A stretch of DNA of 64,000 bases from Pseudomonadota bacterium (GCA_918234285.1 CAKJXZ020000003.1:64001-128000); one strand, 5' to 3'; shown: positions 1-10,287, counted from the first letter of the stretch. Made by a program: numbers and translations. Notes: a model not told the origin generated them from the sequence alone.

Positions 1-1
1 A

Positions 2-817
2 GATAAAACCCGCGAAAACTGCCTGAAATTACAGCAAAAAGACCCACGTGTCAAAATCGTGGAGCTAAAGCGCAACTTCGGGCACGAAATTGCCATGACC
101 GCCGGTATGGATTATGCTAAAGGCGACGCCGTTATCTTCATGGATGCCGATTTGCAACACCCTCCGCTCTATATCCCTAAAATGGTGGAAGCATGGCAAA
201 ACGGTAAAGAAATCGTGCTTACCAAGCGTCTCGACAACGTAGCAACCTCCAAACTGTATAAAATGTGCGCCAAAACTTTCTATTATGTTTTGAATTTGCT
301 TTCCGACATGCCGATTATGGAAAGTGCGCCGGATTTTCGCCTGCTCGACCGCAAATATGTGGATTTCTTGAAAGGTTTTAACGAGCAGGACCGTCTTTTT
401 CGCGGCTTGCTCAGCTGGATTATGCCGCAAGATAATGTGGAAATAATCGGTTTTGTGGCGCCGGAACGTTTCAGCGGTGAATCCAAATACAATTTTATCA
501 AATCGTTGCGTTTGGCCGTCAACAGTATTATTCAGTTCTCGGTCATGCCGTTGCGTCTGGCTACCGGCTTAGGCGTAATTGCCGCCGTATTGGCGCTACT
601 TATGGGTGTTTATGTTTTTGTTGAGCATTTCTTCCTGCACAATCCGACTCCGGGATATGCCACCATTATGGTCACGGTGGTTTTTTTGGGTGCGGTGCAG
701 CTGATTTGCCTCGGTATTATCGGCGAATACATCGGCAAAATTCACATGGAAGTCAAAAAGCGCCCGCTCTATGTGGCCGATTTTATAGAAAAGAAAGCCA
801 AGAAAGATGACGCTTAA
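2..817 (+). CDS. Glycosyltransferase family 2 (GtrB/ArnC-like polyprenyl-phosphate glycosyltransferase), 5' end outside window
   Basis: Frame open from base 2. Motifs RNFGHE, MDADLQHPP, DFRLLDR, two C-terminal TM helices, GEYIG...KKRP.Y. Confidence 0.9.
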   Translation, partial: DKTRENCLKLQQKDPRVKIVELKRNFGHEIAMTAGMDYAKGDAVIFMDADLQHPPLYIPKMVEAWQNGKEIVLTKRLDNVATSKLYKMCAKTFYYVLNLLSDMPIMESAPDFRLLDRKYVDFLKGFNEQDRLFRGLLSWIMPQDNVEIIGFVAPERFSGESKYNFIKSLRLAVNSIIQFSVMPLRLATGLGVIAAVLALLMGVYVFVEHFFLHNPTPGYATIMVTVVFLGAVQLICLGIIGEYIGKIHMEVKKRPLYVADFIEKKAKKDDA

Positions 818-1652
818 AATAATATTCAATGCCGACGATTTCGGTATCAGCCGCGGCGTTAATGCGGCGATTATCGAAGCGCACACCCGAGGGATTTTGA
901 ACGCCACCAGTCTGATGATAAATCAGGAATTTGCCGCCGAAGCCGTTGCCGCCGCCCAAAAGATGCCGGATTTAGAAATCGGTTTACACCTCAACTTAAC
1001 CAACGAAAAACCGGCGGCCGATCCGGCACAAATTCCGCTGTTGGTTAACTCCGAAGGCAAGCTTAAAAACGGCTTCGTCAACTTGTTGTTACTCTCGCTC
1101 TTGCATCCTAAAAAGTTTGCCGCCCAAATTGAAACGGAAATCCGCGCTCAAGTGCAAAAATATCTGGCAAGCGGACTGAAAATGGCTCATATCGACGGAC
1201 ATCGCCACATTCATCTAATTCCGGCCGTTTTCAAAATCGTGCGCAAAATCCAGCAGGAATATAGCGTGCCGCGAATAAGAATGATGAACGAAAATGCCCT
1301 CAATACAATTTTGCAAAACAAATCAAAAAGCTGGCTGTTAGACGGCGGCTTGGTCAAATACTTCATTTTGCGTTTTTTAACCTGGTGGAACGGCTACAAA
1401 TCCGATATTTATTTTTATACCATTCTGTTTACCTGCAAAATTTCGCGCGAGCAGTTTTGCAACATTAAAATTCCGCGCGGTTACAAAGCGGTAGAAATTA
1501 TGATTCACCCGGGAAAACCGGAAATCGACCGTCAATATCCGGAGAGCGTGTGGGACGACAATATTTTATCGCCGTGGCGCTCGGTAGAGTTACAGACACT
1601 TCTGGATAAAGAAATTTTGCAAAACATTCACGGCGGAGATAATATTGATTAA
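807..1652 (+). CDS. ChbG/HpnK (YdjC) family carbohydrate deacetylase
   Basis: NADDFG, GLHLNL, HIDGHRHIH and EIMIHPG motifs. Confidence 0.9.
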   Translation: MTLKIIFNADDFGISRGVNAAIIEAHTRGILNATSLMINQEFAAEAVAAAQKMPDLEIGLHLNLTNEKPAADPAQIPLLVNSEGKLKNGFVNLLLLSLLHPKKFAAQIETEIRAQVQKYLASGLKMAHIDGHRHIHLIPAVFKIVRKIQQEYSVPRIRMMNENALNTILQNKSKSWLLDGGLVKYFILRFLTWWNGYKSDIYFYTILFTCKISREQFCNIKIPRGYKAVEIMIHPGKPEIDRQYPESVWDDNILSPWRSVELQTLLDKEILQNIHGGDNID

Positions 1653-2109
1653 AACAATCGTCAAATTATATTTCTGGGCCGAAAATATCTGGTTCAAATT
1701 CCCCGAAAAACTGCGTTTTTTACTGGTCGGCGGCTTTAACACCGTCTTTGCCTGGTCGGTTTTGGTCGGTTTGGATTGGGCTTTCCGATACGTTAACACC
1801 GCCGCCGGTTGGAATTTTCCTCAAATCTGGATAGCCAATGCAGCTCTGGCATTGCAATATGCCATCACCATCAACGTGTCGTTCATCACCATGCGCTACT
1901 ACGTTTTTCGCAGTCACGGTAACTTTTGGGCCGAATGGGCCAAAGCCTGGTCGGTATATATTTTTCTTTATGCCATAAATGCCCCTATAATGAGTTTTTT
2001 AATGTGGGCATTCGGACTTATGGCATGGCAGGCACAGGGAATTTATTTGATTTTTTCCACCATTGTTACGTTTTTGCTGCACAAATATTATTCCTTCCGC
2101 CGTGCTTAA
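1645..2109 (+). CDS. GtrA family flippase-like membrane protein
   Basis: RFLLVGGFNT start, 4 TM segments, RYYVF and terminal KYYSF motifs; TTG start overlaps the upstream gene. Confidence 0.85.
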   Translation: MIKTIVKLYFWAENIWFKFPEKLRFLLVGGFNTVFAWSVLVGLDWAFRYVNTAAGWNFPQIWIANAALALQYAITINVSFITMRYYVFRSHGNFWAEWAKAWSVYIFLYAINAPIMSFLMWAFGLMAWQAQGIYLIFSTIVTFLLHKYYSFRRA

Positions 2110-2203
2110 ATTTTGTTTTGCGGTCATGTATTTTTTATTGCAAATCACGTAAAAATGAGTTATTCTTGCGCCATAAAATAAACTTTTTCAAAAGGAGCAA
2201 ATC

Positions 2204-2746
2204 ATGGAGATTTTGGGAACAAATGTGCAAACCGGAAATCCGGTTTTTAATACCGGAGAATATAAAGACGTGTTGCCGGCAGAACAAACACTCAACTACG
2301 AAAATATCGATAAATACGTAAAAGCAGCCGTAAACAACGGTAGCGAAGCCGAATTGAATGCCGCTATCGAAAACGTGTTCAAACAGCCGATAATGGCCGA
2401 GGTTTATTGCAAAGCCGGTATCAAACCGGAAATGGTAGATGAATATATCAAAAGCCGGATTGAATTGCCGCATAGTGCCAAAACAACATTGATGATTAAT
2501 CTGGGAGCGATTTATCACGGGGCGGCCAACGATATGGAAAGCGAAATCGATAAACCGCGCATTTCCGGCGATCGCGAATGGCTCAGTTTAGAAACAAAAT
2601 TGAAATCCTTGGCCAGCATTACCTTACCGATGAAGACGTTTGCCAAGCAAAAGTCTGAAGAAAAGCAACCGGCAAAGCCGCGAAAATCCAATTTGCAAAA
2701 ATTGTTGCAAATGGTCGGAATCAAAAAAGACGGTCGCAAATTGTAA
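2204..2746 (+). CDS. Lineage-specific hypothetical protein, paralog of 25981..26715
   Basis: AAGGAG RBS; N-terminal half aligns by eye with 25981..26715. Confidence 0.75.
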   Translation: MEILGTNVQTGNPVFNTGEYKDVLPAEQTLNYENIDKYVKAAVNNGSEAELNAAIENVFKQPIMAEVYCKAGIKPEMVDEYIKSRIELPHSAKTTLMINLGAIYHGAANDMESEIDKPRISGDREWLSLETKLKSLASITLPMKTFAKQKSEEKQPAKPRKSNLQKLLQMVGIKKDGRKL

Positions 2747-2763
2747 TTTTTACGGAGGAAACC

Positions 2764-4149
2764 ATGACTGTTCTGGCCGCCGTGGCGGTACCTCACCCGC
2801 CGCTTATCTTTCCTGAAGTCGGTAACGGCCGCGAGAAAGAAATTAAAAAAACCGTCGATTCATATCGCCAAGCGATGCAATTTGCGGATTCGTTTGCTCC
2901 CGATACAATCATTTTAATCAGCCCGCATATGCGTTGGTATGCCGATTATTTTCACGTGGCATCGCAAACCGAAACTACCGACGATTTTGCGCGTTTCGGT
3001 GCTCCTCAGGTAAAAATAACCGCTTCTGCCGACGAAAGTTTCATTGCCGCACTTAACGCTGCTTGTCAGGCACGTGATTTTCCGTGCGGCGTGTTGGGCG
3101 AACAAGAACGGGATATTGACCATGGCTCCTTTATTCCGCTGCGTTTTTTGGATGAAATCAAAAAAGATTATAAGGTGGTGCGTATTGCCATTTCCGGTTT
3201 ATCCGTTATATACCACTATATGTTGGGACAGATTTTGAACGAAGTGTCGGCCAAATTAAATCGCCGCAGCATAATCATTGCCAGCGGTGACTGGTCGCAT
3301 AAGCTGCTTGACGATGGGCCGTACGGTTTTGCCAAAGAAGGACCGGAATTTGATAAAAAAGTGCAAGAAATCTTCAAAACCGCTGATTTTCTACCGCTAT
3401 TACAATTAAAGCCGGAGTTGTGTGAGGCAGCCGGAGAATGCGGACATCGGCCGTTTGTGATTATGGCCGGAGCCTTTGATTCGCGCGCGGTTAAAAGCGA
3501 ATTACTGTCGTACGAAGGTCCGTTTGGCGTCGGTTACGGTGTTGCCACCTTTGCTGCCGGCGACGCCGATGAAAAGCGTAACTTCGGCGTGCAATATCGC
3601 GAGTGGAAACAGCAAGAGCTCAATAAACAGGTTGCGACCGAAGATGAATTCGTACATTTTGCCCGCTATTGCGTCGAAAATTTCGTACTGACCGGCAAAC
3701 CGGCAATAATGCCGCAACAATTACCTTCTGCTCTCACTTCTGAACGCGCCGGAGTGTTTGTTTCGCTCAAAATGCACGGACAGTTGCGCGGTTGTATCGG
3801 CACCATTGCGCCAGTTTATGCGAATATTGCCGAAGAAATTGCACATAACGCTATTTCCGCCTGCTCACAAGACCCGCGCTTTATGCCGGTACGTCCTGAC
3901 GAATTGGCAGATTTGGTATACAGCGTCGACGTATTGAAACCGGCCGAACCGATTACCTCTGCCGCCGAACTTGATGTAAAAAAATACGGCGTAATCGTTG
4001 AAAGCGGCGGCAAACGCGGGTTGTTGTTGCCGGATATCGAAGGCGTTGATACGGTTGAACAACAAATTGCCATCGCCCGACAAAAAGGCGGCATTACTCC
4101 GGGTGAAAAAGTGCAATTGCACCGCTTTGAAGTGATTCGCCATCACTGA
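2764..4149 (+). CDS. AmmeMemoRadiSam system protein A (LigB/Memo-like domain fused to AMMECR1 domain)
   Basis: VPHPP, ISPH, DHG, ASGDWSH, GECG, SYEGPFGVGY, then GVFVSL...LRGCIGT, DPRF, GLLLP. Confidence 0.88.
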   Translation: MTVLAAVAVPHPPLIFPEVGNGREKEIKKTVDSYRQAMQFADSFAPDTIILISPHMRWYADYFHVASQTETTDDFARFGAPQVKITASADESFIAALNAACQARDFPCGVLGEQERDIDHGSFIPLRFLDEIKKDYKVVRIAISGLSVIYHYMLGQILNEVSAKLNRRSIIIASGDWSHKLLDDGPYGFAKEGPEFDKKVQEIFKTADFLPLLQLKPELCEAAGECGHRPFVIMAGAFDSRAVKSELLSYEGPFGVGYGVATFAAGDADEKRNFGVQYREWKQQELNKQVATEDEFVHFARYCVENFVLTGKPAIMPQQLPSALTSERAGVFVSLKMHGQLRGCIGTIAPVYANIAEEIAHNAISACSQDPRFMPVRPDELADLVYSVDVLKPAEPITSAAELDVKKYGVIVESGGKRGLLLPDIEGVDTVEQQIAIARQKGGITPGEKVQLHRFEVIRHH

Positions 4150-4175
4150 TGTTTGTTTCTACGCAACTTGTAAAC

Positions 4176-4211
4176 AGAACTGCCGAGGTCATTTGCGGCA
4201 GTTCTTCTTTT
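4176..4211 (+). terminator. Intrinsic terminator
   Basis: AGAACTGCCG/GCGGCAGTTCT stem followed by a T-rich tail. Confidence 0.6.
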
Positions 4212-4332
4212 ATATTGTTATTACCATAGTAATATATCGATTTATGAACTTGACTATTTTTACGAATTAATCCATAATGGCGCAAATACATTCAGTTGTG
4301 TTCGAACATATTGTAATTAAGGAGTATAAAAA

Positions 4333-5019
4333 ATGAAAGTGAATCAATCCGGCCGTTCAATGATTGAAATGCTCGGCGTGTTGGCTATTATCGGTGTTTT
4401 GTCTGTCGGCGGTATTGCCGGCTATTCCAAGGCTATGAGTAAATACCGTACCAATAAGGTTTTGGATCAGGTTGCCATGTTGGTTACCAACATCCGCACC
4501 ATGTATGCACAGCAGCAAACGTACGGCAATCTGGATAATGCCTTAGCCATCGATATGGGAATGGTTCCGGAAGAGTTGATTGTTGCCGGTCTGGCTGATA
4601 ATGCCGTAGGCAAGTTACGTAATATTTTCGGCGGACGTATCTTTATCGGTGCATCGTCAATGGACGGTTCCGGCGAAATCAACCAGGTTGATAAAAACGC
4701 ATTCATTGTTTCTTTTTACGGCGTAACTCGCGATGCTTGTATTGCCATGGCAACCGCTGACTGGGGCGCCGGTTCTTCTTCCGGTTTGCTCGCAATGCAC
4801 GTTTACAGTCAATCCAGAGGAACAACTACTGACCCTACTTCCATTGATGCCACTTTGGATGCCGTCAATAAATACACTCCGGGTAGCATTACGCAGATGA
4901 GCGCCATCGCCGTACCGGGGGATGAAACGGTTAAAGTTCCGCTGACGGTTGATCAGGCACGTTTGGCTTGCTATTGTCCGAATAAATCGCTCTGCGCCGT
5001 GAGCTGGAAATATTACTGA
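4333..5019 (+). CDS. Type IV pilin-like protein (prepilin)
   Basis: Class III signal G|RSMIEMLGVLAIIG with Glu5, C-terminal cysteines, AAGGAG RBS. Confidence 0.8.
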   Translation: MKVNQSGRSMIEMLGVLAIIGVLSVGGIAGYSKAMSKYRTNKVLDQVAMLVTNIRTMYAQQQTYGNLDNALAIDMGMVPEELIVAGLADNAVGKLRNIFGGRIFIGASSMDGSGEINQVDKNAFIVSFYGVTRDACIAMATADWGAGSSSGLLAMHVYSQSRGTTTDPTSIDATLDAVNKYTPGSITQMSAIAVPGDETVKVPLTVDQARLACYCPNKSLCAVSWKYY

Positions 5020-5044
5020 TATCGTATAAAATACGAGCAAAACG

Positions 5045-5074
5045 AAAAGCGCCTGACAACAGGCGCTCTTTTTT
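5045..5074. terminator. Bidirectional intrinsic terminator between pilin and ettA
   Basis: AAAAGCGCCTG-acaa-CAGGCGCTCTTTTTT between convergent genes. Confidence 0.75.
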
Positions 5075-5104
5075 ACTTAAGCCTTTATTTATGGCCGCAA
5101 CAAA

Positions 5105-6784
5105 TCAGCGTTCCAATTTCTTATAGCGGATTCGGTGCGGATTGCAAGCATCCTCGCCCAAACGCAATTTCTTATTCTTCTCATAATCCTCAAAATTGCC
5201 CTCAAACCACTCCACATGGCCGTTATCTTCATAAGCCAAAATATGCGTCGCCAGGCGGTCCAAAAACCAACGGTCGTGCGAGGTCACCAAAACACACCCC
5301 GGATACGCGCTTATACCCTCTTCCAACGAACGCAGAGTATCAACATCCAAATCGTTGGTCGGCTCATCCAGCAAAATCACATTTGCACCTTTTCTGAGCA
5401 TCTTAGCCAAATGTACGCGATTGCGCTCACCACCGGAAAGTTGCCCGACCTTTTTCTGTTGATCGGCACCTTTAAAGTTAAATTGTCCGACATACGCCCG
5501 CGAAGAAATTTCATTTTTACCCAGTTGCATCATATCCAAACCGTCGGAAATTTCCTCCCAAACGTTTTTATCCGGATTGAGTTCGTCACGCGATTGGTCA
5601 ACATAGCCCAAATCCACGGTCTCGCCGATACGGATGGTGCCGGAATCCGGTTTTTCCTGCCCGGTAATCATCTTAAACAGCGTGGTTTTACCGGCGCCGT
5701 TCGGACCGATAATACCGACAATCGCTCCCTTCGGAATTTTGAACGACAAATCGTCAATCAGCACTCTGTCACCAAAACCTTTGGTCAGGTGCTCGGCTTC
5801 AATCACCAAATCGCCCAGTCTTTCGGTCATCGGAATATTGATGTGTGCGGTCGTAATTTTCTCACGACTTGCTTGCGACAAAAGCTCATCATAAGCATTG
5901 ATACGCGCCTTAGACTTTGCTTGTCTTGCCTTCGGATTTTTATGAATCCACTCCAACTCTTGCGCCAAAGTGCGCTGACGAGCGGTTTCTTCACGCGCTT
6001 CCTGTTCCAAACGTTTTTGTTTTTGTTCCAACCACGAAGTATAGTTACCCTCGTACGGAATGCCCTGACCGCGGTCAAGTTCCAAAATCCAACCGGTAAC
6101 ATTATCCAAGAAATAGCGGTCGTGAGTTACCATCACCACCGTACCGTTGTAATCGCGCAAATGGTGTTCGAGCCATGCCACCGATTCGGCGTCCAAATGG
6201 TTGGTCGGTTCGTCCAACAGCAACATATCCGGTTTTTGCAACAACAACCGACACAACGCCACCCGACGTTTTTCGCCGCCGGAAAGTTTGGTTACATCGG
6301 CTTCCGCCGGCGGACAACGCAATGCATCCATGGCAATTTGCACCATGCGTTCAATATCCCAACCGTTAACCGCATCGATTTGTTCCTGCAATTCGGCTTG
6401 CTCGGCAATCAAATCATTCATTTCATCATCACTCATCGGCTCGGCAAATTTGGCGGAAACTTCTTCAAATCGCTGCAACAAACGCTGAGTTTCTCCCAAA
6501 CCGTCCATCACATTTTCCATCACGTTTTTATTCGGGTCAAGCTGCGGTTCCTGTTCCAGATAACCGATTTTAACTCCTTCGGCAGCCCAGGCTTCACCGT
6601 TAAATTCCTTATCCACGCCGGCCATAATTTTCAAAAGCGTTGATTTACCGGCACCGTTAACGCCCAGCACGCCGATTTTGGCTCCCGGCAAAAAAGACAG
6701 GGTAATGTCTTTGAAAAGCTCTCTGCCCCCCGGAAGAACCTTGGTTAAATTTTGCATCACAAATATATATTGGTATGCCGCCAT
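5105..6784 (-). CDS. ettA: Energy-dependent translational throttle protein EttA (ABC-F)
   Basis: Two ABC domains; [24 protein letters not shown] and WFEGNF signatures. Confidence 0.95.
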   Translation of the reverse strand: MAAYQYIFVMQNLTKVLPGGRELFKDITLSFLPGAKIGVLGVNGAGKSTLLKIMAGVDKEFNGEAWAAEGVKIGYLEQEPQLDPNKNVMENVMDGLGETQRLLQRFEEVSAKFAEPMSDDEMNDLIAEQAELQEQIDAVNGWDIERMVQIAMDALRCPPAEADVTKLSGGEKRRVALCRLLLQKPDMLLLDEPTNHLDAESVAWLEHHLRDYNGTVVMVTHDRYFLDNVTGWILELDRGQGIPYEGNYTSWLEQKQKRLEQEAREETARQRTLAQELEWIHKNPKARQAKSKARINAYDELLSQASREKITTAHINIPMTERLGDLVIEAEHLTKGFGDRVLIDDLSFKIPKGAIVGIIGPNGAGKTTLFKMITGQEKPDSGTIRIGETVDLGYVDQSRDELNPDKNVWEEISDGLDMMQLGKNEISSRAYVGQFNFKGADQQKKVGQLSGGERNRVHLAKMLRKGANVILLDEPTNDLDVDTLRSLEEGISAYPGCVLVTSHDRWFLDRLATHILAYEDNGHVEWFEGNFEDYEKNKKLRLGEDACNPHRIRYKKLER

Positions 6785-6793
6785 TTTTGACTC

Positions 6794-7351
6794 CTATTTA
6801 CTGAATTGTTTGGAATAAGATTCGTACCGCGCATCTTTAAGCGGAACTTTTGGCGCATTTTGCATTGTTTTTTGCGTTTCTGCAACAGAATTTTTATACA
6901 TGGCATCCATTTTTGTAAAAGCTTCGCGATCTTTGACATAGATTTTTGAGGCATCATACGGCTGCCGCGGTTTAATCAACGTACCGTCCGGAAGCTTCAA
7001 TCTGCCGTCGGAATAGAGCACACTCTTAAAAATCGGCTGACTTTCAAATCGTCGCAAAATTTCGGCACATCCGGCAAATTGTGTTTCTTCCATTTCCATA
7101 AATGCCGAAGCCTTACCGTTGGCATATTGCCGCAAACCGTCTTCCTGCACGGCGGCATTAGGTGCCTTGCCTATAACAATGGCACGAGCCAATAATTCAA
7201 ACTGATGATATTTAGAGGACTTACAAGCCAAACCCTGACCGGAAACAGCACCCAACGCATACATTTCCTCCTGATACGTTATCTGTTTGGCATTAACGGC
7301 AGATATGTTCAACAAACACAGCAAAGCCGCGCCGAAAAATATTTTTTCCAT
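6794..7351 (-). CDS. Secreted hypothetical protein
   Basis: Signal peptide ending VNA; GGAG RBS. Confidence 0.7.
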   Translation of the reverse strand: MEKIFFGAALLCLLNISAVNAKQITYQEEMYALGAVSGQGLACKSSKYHQFELLARAIVIGKAPNAAVQEDGLRQYANGKASAFMEMEETQFAGCAEILRRFESQPIFKSVLYSDGRLKLPDGTLIKPRQPYDASKIYVKDREAFTKMDAMYKNSVAETQKTMQNAPKVPLKDARYESYSKQFSK

Positions 7352-7505
7352 ACAATTCTCTCCGCAAATAAGTATACTTGGTCTTATTTATAGGGTATAA
7401 TCTTAAAATATGTCTTAATTTTTTGCGATTTTTCAAAAAATTGGTTGACAAGTGCGGATAAATAGCTTATTTTGCGCTCAAAACGTTTATATAAGGAATA
7501 AAAAA

Positions 7506-7631
7506 ATGAAGTGCTATAGTTCTCTTAAATCTAAGAAAGTACGCGATTTGAACTGCAAAATTGTACGCCGTAAAGGTCGTGTATATGTTATCAATAAAAA
7601 GAACCCGAAGCTCAAGGCTCGTCAGGGTTAA
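7506..7631 (+). CDS. rpmJ: 50S ribosomal protein L36 (type B, Zn-independent)
   Basis: Not in the ORF track. Translates to [41 protein letters not shown]; AAGGA RBS; TTGACA at 7445. Confidence 0.95.
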   Translation: MKCYSSLKSKKVRDLNCKIVRRKGRVYVINKKNPKLKARQG

Positions 7632-7660
7632 TTGATTATATAACAATCTCCTTTGTTATA

Positions 7661-7689
7661 AAAGCCTCTCCTCGCGGGGAGGTTTTTTT
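7661..7689 (+). terminator. rpmJ terminator
   Basis: GC-rich hairpin followed by T7. Confidence 0.7.
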
Positions 7690-7783
7690 ATAGCGAATCG
7701 GCAAATAAAAAAACATCCGGCTTTTTTGCGCGAGGGCACCGGATGTTTTTTAAAGTAAGTCAAAGAATTTTCATTGCCGTCGC

Positions 7784-8047
7784 TCAGGCAACAACTATCT
7801 CTTTCTGAATCGCGCGGACGGCAGGCATCAGCTTGCGGTCGGCGAAAATAATCGAATCACAGGCGGCGATAAACTCTGCCTTGAAGGATTCACGTTTCTC
7901 GACCTCACGGGCGAGATACTGTTTTTTGAGTTCAACTTTATTGTTAGAAGACAATAAGTCTCTCACGGCCTGCTGTAAACCATAGGCCTTCAACTCCTTT
8001 CTGTACTTAGAGCAGAAAGAATGGTCTAAAATTTGTTTTTCTTCCAT
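7784..8047 (-). CDS. Small hypothetical protein (87 aa, MEEKQILDHSF...)
   Basis: Coding-like ORF, downstream hairpin at 7708-7751, upstream AT-rich leader without a Shine-Dalgarno sequence. Confidence 0.55.
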   Translation of the reverse strand: MEEKQILDHSFCSKYRKELKAYGLQQAVRDLLSSNNKVELKKQYLAREVEKRESFKAEFIAACDSIIFADRKLMPAVRAIQKEIVVA

Positions 8048-8222
8048 AAATAAATTTTTTGATATATATATTTGGTTTGATAAAAATAATCTGAATAATA
8101 AAATTGACAAAAGACAATATAACAGTATCCATAACAAATTGCAAGCCCTTAATTTAAAAAAATTACAAATAGTGATTGACAATGCCGTTTTTTTATGTAA
8201 TTTTCTGTTTTGAAAAGCCGAT

Positions 8223-8299
8223 GCGCTCTTAGCTCAGCAGGATAGAGCAACAGCCTTCTAAGCTGTGGGTCGGGCGTTCGAATCGCCCAGAGCGCGCCA
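8223..8299 (+). tRNA. tRNA-Arg(TCT)
   Basis: Cloverleaf, anticodon loop CTTCTAA, GTTCGAATC T arm, encoded CCA; TTGACA at 8176. Confidence 0.97.
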
Positions 8300-8343
8300 T
8301 ATACCCAAAAAGACCACCCTCGAGGTGGTCTTTTTGGGTATAT
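8300..8343 (+). terminator. Long hairpin/terminator after tRNA-Arg
   Basis: TATACCCAAAAAGACCACC / GGTGGTCTTTTTGGGTATA inverted repeat. Confidence 0.75.
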
Positions 8344-8347
8344 GAAG

Positions 8348-8596
8348 TCGCTCTGGTGGGAAGAGAACGCCCTCGTTCGGGGCCGTGTCGGCCGCCCGCA
8401 GCGGGGGCGGACGGTGTAGGCCGTCGTGAGCGTAAGCGAAGGACAATCGCCCGGAGCACGCCGTTTAGGTATTTTTTTATAATCTCGCTCTGGTGAGAAG
8501 AGAACGCTCTCGTTCGGAGCCGTGTCGTCCGACCGCAGCGGGGGCGGACGGTGTAGGCTGTCGTGAGCGTAAGCGAAGGACTATCGCCCAGAGCGC
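8348..8596 (+). repeat. tRNA-Arg-linked tandem repeat, 2 units (8348-8462, 8485-8596; period 137)
   Basis: Near-identical units. Each starts with an antisense tRNA 3' fragment and ends with a sense ATCGCCC(A/G)GAGC copy. Confidence 0.9.
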
Positions 8597-8665
8597 TCTG
8601 CTTTTTTACCACCCTTGAGGTGGTTTTTTCTTTACAAACTTTTACAAATATCATACATTTCAACC

Positions 8666-9676
8666 ATGAAACTATACAAACAAGACATTATCCGCCTCTT
8701 AAGCGACGAACAAAATCAAGAAGATTTGTTCCGAAAGGCTGATGCGGTTCGCAAACAATACGTCGGCGACGAAGTACACTTGCGCGGACTTATCGAATTC
8801 TCCAACATTTGCCGCAACAACTGTATGTATTGCGGGATTCGCCGCGACAATTCGCAACTTGCCCGCTATCGCATGAGCGAAGACGAACTGATTGAAACCG
8901 CACGCAAGGCGGCCGATATGGGCTTTAAGACCATCGTAATGCAATCGGGCGAAGATGTATGGTTTTCGCGCGACCGTATGTGTCGCATTGTCGAGGCCAT
9001 CAAAAAATTTAATGTTGCCATCACGCTTTCGGTCGGCGAACGCGATTATGACGACTACAAAGCCTGGTTTGATGCCGGCGCCGACCGCTATTTGATGCGC
9101 ATTGAAACCACCGACAAAGACTTATATCATCGGCTCGACCCGGGGATGAGCTGGCAACACCGCCACGATTGTCTGCTGGCTATAAAAGAAATCGGCTACG
9201 AACTCGGCTCGGGAATTATGGTCGGTTTGCCGGAGCAATCCGTGGAATCCATCGCCGAAGATTTGCTTTATCTTAAAAAAATCGGAGTTGATATGGCCGG
9301 TATCGGTCCGTTTATTCCGCACCCGCAAACTCCGCTCAAAGACGCCGCCGGCGGCACTCTCGATTTGGCTCGTCGCACTATGGCAATTATGCGCTTAATC
9401 ATGCCGGATATCAACATTCCGGCCACCACCGCCATGGAGAGCCTGCACCCGATGGGGCGTATTTGGACTTTGCAAAGCGGCGCCAACGTGGTTATGCCGA
9501 ATGTGACCGAAGGCGAATATCGCAAGCTTTACGAACTGTATCCGGGCAAAATCTGTGTGGACGACACCCCGCTCCACTGCAAAACCTGTATCGGTGCCAA
9601 AATCATGAGTATCGGTCGTACCATCGGCCAAGGTTACGGCGGACATGCCGGAAAATTGCCGCACCCGACAAAATAA
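8666..9676 (+). CDS. hydE: [FeFe]-hydrogenase H-cluster radical SAM maturase HydE
   Basis: LRGLIEFSNICRNNCMYCG radical SAM motif, GIGPFIPHPQTPL, PATTA, GANVVMPN, YELYPGK and C-terminal Cys cluster. Confidence 0.88.
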   Translation: MKLYKQDIIRLLSDEQNQEDLFRKADAVRKQYVGDEVHLRGLIEFSNICRNNCMYCGIRRDNSQLARYRMSEDELIETARKAADMGFKTIVMQSGEDVWFSRDRMCRIVEAIKKFNVAITLSVGERDYDDYKAWFDAGADRYLMRIETTDKDLYHRLDPGMSWQHRHDCLLAIKEIGYELGSGIMVGLPEQSVESIAEDLLYLKKIGVDMAGIGPFIPHPQTPLKDAAGGTLDLARRTMAIMRLIMPDINIPATTAMESLHPMGRIWTLQSGANVVMPNVTEGEYRKLYELYPGKICVDDTPLHCKTCIGAKIMSIGRTIGQGYGGHAGKLPHPTK

Positions 9677-9685
9677 AAGCTCAGC

Positions 9686-10150
9686 TTAATTCACATCGCC
9701 CAAAACAACGGTTTCTTTAATCTTTTCAAGGTGTTGTAAATACGGAATTATTGCTTTCGGATAAAAATCGGAAGTCGCCAGTTTATCGAGCTCTATCCAT
9801 TTTATTTTCTGCTCGTCGCTGTCCGGCTCGCTGCCGTTGCCGAGCGTTGAAAAATCGGCAACTTCGCATTCAAACATCAGCTCGGACAAATGAAAGCAAT
9901 CCAAATCATACGGCTGGTCATGATTCTTGGCAATATAGTCCCGCGCCAACACCAAACGCCGCGGCTTAACTTCCAGATTAAGTTCTTCTTTGCACTCGCG
10001 AATGATGGTTTCCTCCATGGTTTCGCCCCATTCCTGCCCTCCGCCCGGCAATTTGCAATAGCGCCCGCGCCCGTAATCGACACTCACCGTCAACAACTTA
10101 TTGTCTTTTATGATGACGGCCTTGACCGAATGCTTAAAAAACTTTTCCAT
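9686..10150 (-). CDS. NUDIX hydrolase
   Basis: Nudix box GGGQEWGETMEETIIRECKEELN. Confidence 0.9.
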   Translation of the reverse strand: MEKFFKHSVKAVIIKDNKLLTVSVDYGRGRYCKLPGGGQEWGETMEETIIRECKEELNLEVKPRRLVLARDYIAKNHDQPYDLDCFHLSELMFECEVADFSTLGNGSEPDSDEQKIKWIELDKLATSDFYPKAIIPYLQHLEKIKETVVLGDVN

Positions 10151-10287
10151 AACTTATTCCCTCAAACGACAATATGTTGCAGTATATCAGCCATCCGCCG
10201 CTTGTAAACACAAAAGTGAGCCGCTTGCCTTCAAAAATATTTGATTTTGGCGGCAAATCATGGCATAATCAGGTCAAAGGAGCGATT

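Noticed and set aside
5135-6643. 502-aa plus-strand ORF
   Set aside because: Antisense shadow of ettA with no recognisable motifs.
8348-8596. CRISPR array (also considered for 24281-24554 and 55586-55826)
   Set aside because: Units are long or degenerate with no regular repeat-spacer period; no cas genes.
8229-8663. ORFs over tRNA-Arg and its repeats (likewise 16521-17035, 20178-20363, 55482-55745)
   Set aside because: They overlap tRNAs or palindromic repeats; spurious.
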